NCBI RefSeq assembly: GCF_006345805.1
Contig: NC_043001.1
Span: 9,672,001-9,736,000 of the forward strand
Source: Octopus sinensis
Taxonomy: Eukaryota
Direction of reading: 5' to 3'
Length of the DNA: 64,000 bases
In this document: positions 54,900 to 64,000 of the stretch, piece by piece
Position numbering within the stretch: position 1 is the stretch's first letter
Layout: every line of letters begins with the position of its first letter
Notes under the pieces: model-generated
The model's input: the letters and a program-made list of their open reading frames with translations, nothing else
Database searches by the model: none
Told to the model about the DNA's origin: nothing
Made by a program: the position numbers and the translations under genes

Positions 54900-55372
54900 C
54901 TTCCAACTCCTTCTCTCTTCTTCTATGTCTTCCTATTTCTCTTCTTGAGTCTCTCTCTCTCTCTCTCTCTCTGTATTTCCCTTCCTCTTCCTTTCTCTCT
55001 CTTTCTATTTCTCTCGCTGTCTCTCTCTCTCTCTTCTAATTTCTCTCCCTGTCTCTCTCTATCTCTCTTCTAATTTCTCTCCCTGTCTCTCTCTTTCTTT
55101 CTTTCTCTCTTAGTCTTATCATATCTCCCCTCTCCCTTTCTTTTCCTTCTCTTGCCTCTCTATTCCTCTCTCCCTCCTCTCTCTCTTTTTTCTCTCCCTC
55201 TATTTTTCTTTCTTTCTCTCCCTATCTTTTTCCTCTCCTCTCTCTCTTTCTCTTTTTCTTTCTTTCTTTCACTCTTTCTATCTCTCCCTCTATTTTCTAT
55301 TTCTCTCTCTCCTCTCTCTCCCTCATCTCTTCCTCCTCCCTCCCTCTCTCTCCTTTTTTCTCCCCCCCCCCA
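54900..55372. repeat. Long polypyrimidine (CT-rich) tract
   Basis: Direct reading. Confidence 0.9.
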
Positions 55373-55907
55373 GACTCACATGACACTCATTTCACACATA
55401 CTCCAACCAACTTCGAATTCTCAGCCATCTCACACGAGATGTCTTCCTCGGAAAAGTATGGAAGCTTTTTCCTTTCCCCCTGATTCAGTTTTAGCAATTA
55501 TGCAAGAGGACGCAAATTAGAGACTAAACACTGCATTTTCTGTCACTCTTTGACATCTGCTGCCGTTCAAAGCCAGTTATAAGCTTGTAATATAATTATA
55601 TTATATTGACATATTAGCATGTGATTAACGAATGATTACATGAACACAGGTAGAAAATTGTTGCAATGCTGATAGAATAAATGGAATATAGCAGAACAAA
55701 GGAAAAATTTGTATTTCAAAGAGGTGAGATTTGACATATCTGGCAGGAGGACTTTTCTTTGGGGAAAAAGAAAAAAAAAATTATTTTAAAATGTTTTTGT
55801 TTTCTTTTTCCCTTCTTCTTGAGCTTTGCTACTCGTAATGTCAGTGTTCACATTTTGTGGCACATGAATGCAGTATTTTATGAATTATATGAAATAATTT
55901 AACAAAT

Positions 55908-56070
55908 AGGTGCAGGAGTGGCTGTGTGGTAAGTAGCTTGCTTACCAACCACATGGTTCCGGGTTCAGTCCCACTGCATAGCACCTTGGGCAAGTGTCTT
56001 CTGCTATAGCCTCAGGCCGACCATAGCCTTGTGAGTGGATTTGGTAGATGGAAACTGAAAGAAGCCTGTC

Positions 56071-56111
<41 letters not shown>

Positions 56112-56945
56112 GGGAAGCTTTATGAAAATAAACAAAAGACGAAGGCAGGTGGAGTACAAACAAACAATTGTATTAGTATGGCGCTCAGAATATAAATAAA
56201 ACAAGTCTTTTACGTTTCGAGCCTACGCTCTTCAACAGAAAGATACACAGAAAAGAAACACGGAGAGAAACAAGGAGAGAAACAAAATGCGTGCAGAAGC
56301 TAGCGATTCTATATATATATATATATATATATATCATCATCATCATCATCGTTTAACGTCCGTTCTCCATGCTAGCATGGGTTGGACGGTTCAACCGGGG
56401 ATCTGGGAAGCCAGAAGGCTGCACCAGGCTCCAGTCTTATCTGGCAATGTTTCTACAGCTGGATGCCCTTCCTAACGCCAACCACTCCGTGAGTGTAGTG
56501 GGTGCCTTTTACGTGCCACCTGCACAGGTGCCAGGCGAGGCTGGCAACGGCCACGGTCGGATTGGTGTATTTTATGTGCCACCGGCACGGAAGCCAGTCG
56601 AGGCGGTGCTGGCATCGGCCACGAGTCGGATGGTGCTTTTTACGTACCCCCAGACCAGGGATCCTGGCTGGTTCAATTCGATTTCGATTTCGCTTGCCCC
56701 ATGCATTATGTGCGTGTGCGTATGTTTTGTGTGTCTGTGGTTGTACCCCCAACATCGCTTGACAACCGATGCTGGTGTGTTTACTTCCCCCGTAACTTAG
56801 CGGTTCAGCAAAAGAAACCGATAGAATAAGTACTAGGCTTACAAATAATAATACCTGGGGTCGATTTGCTCGACTAAAGCCGGTGCTCCAGAATGGCCAC
56901 AGTCAAATGACTGAAACATGTAAAAGAGAGAGTAAAGAGTAAATA
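55908..56945 (+). mobile_element. SINE family A split by two nested insertions in its internal (TA)n
   Basis: A head 55908-56075; hammerhead cassette 56107-56310; family D 56333-56700; A tail 56715-56945. Confidence 0.85.
56206..56243 (-). ncRNA. Hammerhead-like motif with CUGUUGA core and intact stems
   Basis: Minus strand UCUUU-CUGUUGA-A-GAGC-guag-GCUC-GAAAC-GU-A-AAAGA: 5-bp stem I, 4-bp stem II, palindromic ACGU. Confidence 0.6.
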
Positions 56946-58124
56946 TAAAGAAAATAACACACACACACACACACACACAGAGTGCACTTGCATATGCACA
57001 ATTGATTCCAAATAAAGCTTCTAAGGAAGAGAAATAACTTGGGACGCAAGAGAGAATGTAGAAAAGTCAGGAATAAAATTTCTGTAGCCAGCAACTAATA
57101 CCTTTCTGTTTATATTGGTATGCATTTTATGGTAGCATTGAGGCCTAAAGGATGTGCATATGAAAGGTTCTTTAGCCCCCAAGGATCTCTAAGGGTTAAT
57201 TCTTAATTCCAGTTGATTAACATAAAACAGGTAAGAGATTAATCTCCATCTTGAAAGGGTATGGAAAGGATCTGACACAGGCCAGGTTTTTGGATAATCC
57301 TAGCATCTTTCTAGATGTCTGAGTGAACAGAGATAATGTGAGATAGTTTAGAATGAGGGTCCTCAGTCAAAGCCACAGCAACAAGGCACCTGTAGTAGAC
57401 TTGAGGTTATGACCAAGAAACTTATGTAAACAAGACATTTGTACTACAGAGCTAGAGCTGGTTTCTGCCGGGTTGGTAACAAAAGGGTTAAGTTTGTGTT
57501 ACGCTGGGATGGGGGTCACTCTTTTTTATTTCCCTTTTTTACATCCTTTTCCAACTGTTCACATGAAATAAACTGTTTTTGTTAAAGTTATTTAATATAA
57601 TCAAGGGTTGGGAGGATTAAATAAAATAATTAATCTTAACGTTGCATTTAGAGTATAACAAATGGTTCCACCATGAAATTAGTGTATCTCGGACTATACT
57701 ATCTAATGTGACCATTATGTGTCCTTTTATTAAAGACAATAGGATGTAGTCTGAGAGAAATCTAGCTGTTATATCTAACAGGTCATGAAACTACACAGTG
57801 GGTCTCTTTATTGACTTGTGTACTGCTAGAATTTAGTCTTTTAATCATTTGATCTATACAAAGAAGTAATGTTTAACCCTAGGACAAGTCTTGATGTGCA
57901 GACCTATGATCAAAAGAATTCTACCTGTAATTAATCACATCTTTTCCTCCAGACATCTAAATAGTTCCATCTAGGACATGGGCTACACACTGAGTGGTTG
58001 ACTAAGGTCTAAGGGCCCAGGGCCTCAGTACATGGCTTTGCTTGGTGGAAGGAACTGGTCTATAATGCTGTTATGATGGCCCTTCATCTTGGACTACTTT
58101 ATTAAACGGTCTTTTCTTTTAGGC

Positions 58125-58363
58125 AGGCGGCGAGCTGGCAGAATTGTTAGCATGCCAGGTGAAATGCTAAGCGGTATTTCGTCTGCCGCTACGTTCTGAC
58201 TTCAAATTCTGCCGAGGTCGATTTTGCCTTTCATCCTTTCGGGGCCAATTAAATAAGTACCAGTTATGCACTGTGGTCAATATAATCGATGACTTAATCC
58301 GTTTGTCTGTCCTTGTTTGTCCCCTCTCTGTGTTTAGCCCCTTGTGGGTAGTAAAGAAATAGG
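58125..58363 (+). mobile_element. SINE family B
   Basis: GGCGGCGAGCTGGCAGAA head and B core. Confidence 0.85.
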
Positions 58364-59833
58364 TCTTTTCTTTTAGACCGTAGAGATTTAAGGGAGATTT
58401 AGCTGGTGTTTTCAGCAGCTTGAGGAGTGACATCAAACTAACCTCATCGACTTGTCAGCTTGTTGGTTGATAGCGATATCAAAGATGCTGGTATATTCTT
58501 ATATTTCAGAATGTTAAGAGAATGAAAGTAGATGAAAGTGAAACTGGAATTTCATTGTTTTCTTTTGCGATCTCTTTATTTATGACCTGCTAAATTGTCT
58601 GTGGAAGTAATTAATCGGGATTGATTTAATTCTTTTTTTCTTCTGGCAAAACTTTTATAGTTTGCTTCTTGCTGTGTTGTATAGACCTATTTTAATTACT
58701 GTTGATATTTCTGTTTGCTAATAAAAGTGACTGCATTTAAAAATTTTTTGTAGAAAAAATTTTTAGATTAAAAAGAAGAAAAAAAAAACTAATACACAAA
58801 TGAAGAATTATTTTCCTGTTTCCTTCCTTACAAATGCAAGAAACGATTGAATAGAGAAAATGGTTCTGTTCATTAAAATAGCTATTTGATGTTTTTTTTG
58901 TTTTTTTTATTTTTGACTTTTAAAAATATTTTTGCTCTTTTTTACATTTTTTTTTTTTAGTTTTGAGGTGTTTATTAAACTGCATATTTAGAAATCAGCT
59001 TAGAAGGAATATGGTTCCTGTTTGGGTTTGTTCTTTGTTAGCTTTTATAAATATTGTTTTATAAAATCATGTTTTAATGTTCGCTTAAAAATGTTTTTAT
59101 CTCCCATAATTCATATTGTTGTGTCTTCTTATATCACCACCAATTTTGTAATTTTTGTCCAGATCCTGTATTCTCTCATAATCTGTTTTCTATGGCATTT
59201 TCACAGAGCTTTTATGAGTAAAAGATGAAACTTTTGTGACGGCTTCTTTGACTTTAGTTCTATATTATTCGATTTTTCTTTTATTTCATTTTTATTATTT
59301 AGTCTTCAGAAATAATTTGTTCAAAGATTGTTCTTGCTTTTATTTCCCATATAAAGCTACCGCCAACATCACCCCGACCAAATCAGTCACCAATTTCAAT
59401 AGAAATAAATTTTAATATTTCTTTAACTTCAACATTCAATATCAGGCATTTACAATACCAGTTGTTGAAACACCTATTAAAAAATATCATACAAGAAACG
59501 GTCTTTTTTTTTTTTTTTATAATAGTCTTCTTGAAGCCAGAGTAGGTTATATAAGAAGGTATTTTTAATATGTGCAAACTTTGTACTCTTGTTATAAGCT
59601 ATGCTGGTTTGGTGAAAGGGGTAGATCTAGCAGTCAGCCAAATTTTTAGGTTCGGCAATGCAATAGCATTAGTAATAATGTTTTACTGTGTTGCACATGA
59701 AAGCAAGGTAGCAGAACAGAGGGCTTCGTTCTAACAGCATATCTTGTTTCATTTTTCTATTAACAGGAAGTAATCTGGTTTTCTAAATCACTATTTGTTA
59801 TAGGCATATATGTACTAATACACTATATGTACG

Positions 59834-59867
<34 letters not shown>

Positions 59868-60834
59868 ATATACTATATGGATATGTCTGTGTATGTATCA
59901 TCTGAGGACTTACATGTTTATAAATTATGTAGTAAAATATACTTTCAAGCAAAAATAAAAAGCAAAGCTATAAATACAAGCATTATCATGCTTTTCATGT
60001 CTGATGGCATGTTCTGCTAAATTTAGCAATGGATAATGTTTTACCATTCTGGCTAACAAAAACAAATAAACAAGAGACATTTGTGTACACACACACACAC
60101 ACACGTACACATTCACACATGCATATATTCACATGTATCTTTTGCATATAAGGAAATATGAAAAACCAGACATTTCTCTCTCTTTCTCTCTGTCTCTCTG
60201 GAAAGATGTACTCAAAGAATTTGAAAATATTTTAGGCTAAAAGTGTTGTTGTTATTTCTGTTTTTTTTTTTTTTACGAAGTAAAAGCTCTCATTTCTGGG
60301 ATTTATTGACAAATAGATTCAGTGGAACGGAGTTTCAGTGACCAGGTCATAAATATATAATGAACGACTTTGATGCTCCATAATATAAACCATTATGAAA
60401 ATATTAAAATGGAAGTGAATTTCACAGTGTGTGTGTGTAGTTAAATGGATTTATGATTCCATCATGATGCAGCTATATTTCTCTTACAACTCAGAAAAAA
60501 AACAAAACTTATCATTTAATGTCTGTTTTCTATGCTGGCATGGGTTGGACAGTTTGATAGCATCCAGCAAATCTCAACGTTGCAATGAGCTCTAATTTCT
60601 GCCTTGGCATGGTTTCTACAGCTGGATGCCCTTCCTAATGCCAACCATTTTACAGAATAAACTGGATGCTTCTTCTTTTCCTGTGCCACTAGGCAGATCT
60701 CTGGGTAATCTTCTAATTTTAGCACAAGGCCAGCAAATTTGGGGGGAGGGGACAAATTGATGGCAGTGATGTCAGTATTTTGGATCGTCTTTATTTTAAC
60801 AACCCCCCAAAATTCCACTGTGGACATCTAAATT

Positions 60835-61216
60835 TCATGTGGCACCAACATGGGTGCATTTTACATGTGGCACCAGTACAGGTGGTTTATATGTGACACC
60901 TGCATGGGAACTTTATATGTGACACCTGCATGGGAACTTTATATGTGACACCTGCATGGGAACTTTATATGTGACACCTGCATGGGAACTTTATATGTGA
61001 CACCTGCATGGGTGCTTTATATGTTATACCAGCACAGGCGCTTTATGTGGCACCAGTACAGGTGGTTCATATGTGACACCAGCACGAACATTTTATATGT
61101 GGCCCCAGAATGGGTACCTTATATGTTGCACGAACACAGGTGCTTTATATATGGCTCCAGCATGGGTGCTTTATATGTGACACTTGCACAGGCACTTTAT
61201 ACGTGACACCAGCACA
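60835..61216. repeat. 26-bp minisatellite (~14 units)
   Basis: TGCATGGG recurs at 60901, 60927, 60953, 60979 and 61005; flanking units diverge. Confidence 0.9.
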
Positions 61217-61939
61217 GTGTGATCTTAATCATCAGATAAATCAAATATTCAAATCAATTTAATCAGTCAGATTATCCTAAGGATAATCCATCTACCACTC
61301 TATTAACTACTTCAGACTTAGTTTATTTATTACATGCGAGGAAGCAGTCAGGTATTAAGATTCTTCTATATCGTTAGTTTAATTATTATTAAAAGATGGT
61401 AGTCATATACGAGAGTAATTAATTGATTAGTTCTGCATACCAATCACAAGATGGCTCAATAGAATTTATCACACAATTATGAATATTTTAAACTGTCTTT
61501 AGAAAACTTTAGAAACTCTGCAGCTAGCTTGATATGTTTTCAAAGTTTAATTTTGATGAATGGTTCTGATATTCTAACAAAGATATTTTATCAAGGAACC
61601 GATGACAACATTGTTGATGATTGATATATTTAGAGAAAATCTTTTACTTGGAATAAATTTTGGATAAATAAAAGAATGGTGTCTGTACATCTTTAAATGG
61701 AAAGTGTCTGTACATATATATTTAGGTCTGTTATCACAGCGCCGTGCTATCGACCAGACTATCAGATGTTGTTATACATCACTGGTCACAATGCACTTTG
61801 CATTGTTTTAGCTTTTAAATGATGCCACCCTACTAGCTTGGTGAGTAGGCCAACATAGGATGTTAAAATGGTGATGATAATATACAGCAGGCTTCGTACA
61901 GTTTCTGTTTACCAAATCCAGATACATGGCATGCACATA

Positions 61940-62490
61940 CTGGGTTGGCCGAAAGTCACGTGATATCATCATCATCATCATCATCATCGTTTAACGTTTG
62001 CTTTCCATGCTAGCATGGGTTGGATGGTTCGACTGGGGTCTGGGAAGCCAGGAGGCTGCGCCAGGCTCCAGTCTGATCTGACAGTGTTTCTACAGCTGGA
62101 TGCCCTTCCTAACGCCAACCACTCCATAAGTGTAGTGGGTGCTTTTTACGTGCCAGGGAAGGCTGGCAACAGCCACGATCGGTTGGTGCTTTTTACGTGC
62201 CACTGGCACGGAGGCCAGTCGAGGCGGCGCTGGCAATGACACGTTCGGATGGTGCTTTTACTTGCCACTGACACTGGTATCACATCTACAGTAAATCAAA
62301 ATTCCATACATACTTAATACTCAATTTTATTTATTCATTCCAATTATGATTGTTTACTAATTAAATTCTGTGAGTAAAAATCACCGATTTTTCTCAACAT
62401 TTGTTTATTTATTAGCAAAGTCTCATATAAAATAATTTATTGGAATTAAATGGTTTTGATTTACTGTCAGGTAACTTTTGCCCAACCCTG
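61940..62490. mobile_element. Tc1/mariner-type MITE (same TIR family as 52761) interrupted by a family D insertion (61966-62283)
   Basis: TA|CTGGGTTGGCCGAAAGTCACGTGA...ACAGTAAATCAAAA and TTTTGATTTACTGTCAGGTAACTTTTGCCCAACCCTG|TA. Confidence 0.75.
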
Positions 62491-62779
62491 TATGTTTATC
62501 TTGGTGTGTGTATGTGTATGTTTGTTGTCTGTGTATGTATCCCATATATACATATAAACTGCTTGAGTATACCATATACACTGGTGTCAAGTTGACTCTG
62601 TGTCAAGAAGGTCGCAAATATTGCTAAAGCAATAAAGCACGAACTAGACAGAAACGAGTGTCATAGTTGATGGGATTGATTAGAGTTCTTAACGGTAGTG
62701 CTCCAGCATGACCACATTTTAATGACTCAAACCAATAAAAGAAATTTATGTGTATGTGTGTATATATATGCATGTATAC

Positions 62780-63188
62780 TCTCTTTATGCTCTCTTACTT
62801 GTTTCAGTCATTAGACTGTGGCCATGCTGGAACACCGCCTTTTAGTTAAGCAAATCAACCCCAGGATTTATTCTCTGTATACCTAGCACTTATTCTATTG
62901 GTCTCCTTTTGCCAGACTGCTAAGTTATAGGGATGTAAATACACCAGCATCAGTTCTCAAGTGATGTTGGGGGGGGGGGATAAACACACAAACATATACA
63001 TATATATACCCACATACATATATATATATACGATGGGCTTCTTTCAGTTTCCATCTACCAAATCCACTCACAAGGCTTTGGTCGGCCCGAGGCTATAGTA
63101 GAAGACACTTGCCCAAAGTGCCACGCAGTGGGACTGAACCCTGAACCATGTGGTTGGGAGCAAGCTACTTACCGCACAGCCACTCCTT
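62780..63188 (-). mobile_element. SINE family A, full length
   Basis: Complete reverse-complement match. Confidence 0.9.
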
Positions 63189-64000
63189 CACATATATATA
63201 TATAGTGTGTGTGTGTGTGCATGCATGCGTGCGTGCACGTGCGCATTCTGCTCAGGCATTCTCCAGATAGGATTTCAATGGAGAAAAGCATTAAATAAAA
63301 ACGCAATAATGGGCTCAGTTACAATGTTTTAGTGTTATGAGTAAATGCGATTTGCACACTTCTGCCAGATCAGTCAGGCTTTCTCTTTACAACAACAATT
63401 TTCCAGATAGAATTTATTTCTATGATGCCATTTCATGACGATTTCTCTGGGTTTTGTTTTTTGTTTCCTTATTTTCGTTTTGTCTTTTTTTGTTTTTCTT
63501 TTCTTTTCTTTTCTTATTTTCCCCCATTTTATATATCGAAACACTGCATTAAGATATACGTTTTCAGCTGCACGTGGATGTGCTGGGTTCCACCATTGAT
63601 CATCCGGTATGACTTTTCATGTAAGGGTCTTTTAGATTTCCCTACTTCCTTCCTCCCCTATAAATATGTATTTGGATCCTGCCATGACATTTCTCTCTCT
63701 TTTTGAATGATTGAGGAAACCTTCTCCCGAAACTAACCTCAATCATACTGATAACCAAAGATGCTGCTTTGACTCTGCAGACTCTTGCCAAACTCAAGCA
63801 TTTACCATTTCTTTAACCCGTTAGCTTTCACAATACTCTGTCAAATGTAATATTTATTTATATACATTGCGTTGGATTAATCACGCATTATCTCATAGCT
63901 TTGTGATTTCCCTGAGTTGATTGTTTGTTTTTGGAATGAGAAATAGTGTAGGTAGGAAATGCTACGTCTGGTTTGTTTCAACAGAACAGGTAGAATGCTT

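Noticed and set aside
60835-61216. CRISPR-like array
   Set aside because: Head-to-tail 26-bp units without spacers, derived from retroposon family D.

Overview
AT-rich eukaryotic DNA packed with (TA)n/(TACA)n/(GATA)n/(AAT)n microsatellites and tRNA-derived SINEs. The repeat complement strongly suggests a coleoid cephalopod, most likely Octopus (inferred from recalled SINE sequences, not from a search). Nearly all ORFs in the supplied track are microsatellite or SINE artefacts. The only credible host coding sequence is a 49-nt signal-peptide-like exon (21043-21091, +). It lies behind a CpG- and CT-rich promoter/5'UTR region and is apparently followed by an intron of more than 42 kb. The rest is a layered transposon record: at least four SINE-like families (here A-D), the triple-C2H2 3' end of an RTE-type LINE, Tc1/mariner and hAT MITEs, a non-autonomous Helitron and a tRNA-Glu pseudogene. 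The most notable signal is six minimal type-I hammerhead-ribozyme-like motifs from four sequence families, of the Penelope-associated kind with an extremely short, mostly palindromic stem III. They sit in ~130-220 bp cassettes that mostly lie in or beside (TA)n tracts. One pair is head-to-head inverted and one family has a shared non-canonical core (CUGUUGA). Also unusual are a SINE with five tandem Pol III heads and two near-perfect intronic hairpins. Boundaries of degenerate repeats are approximate.
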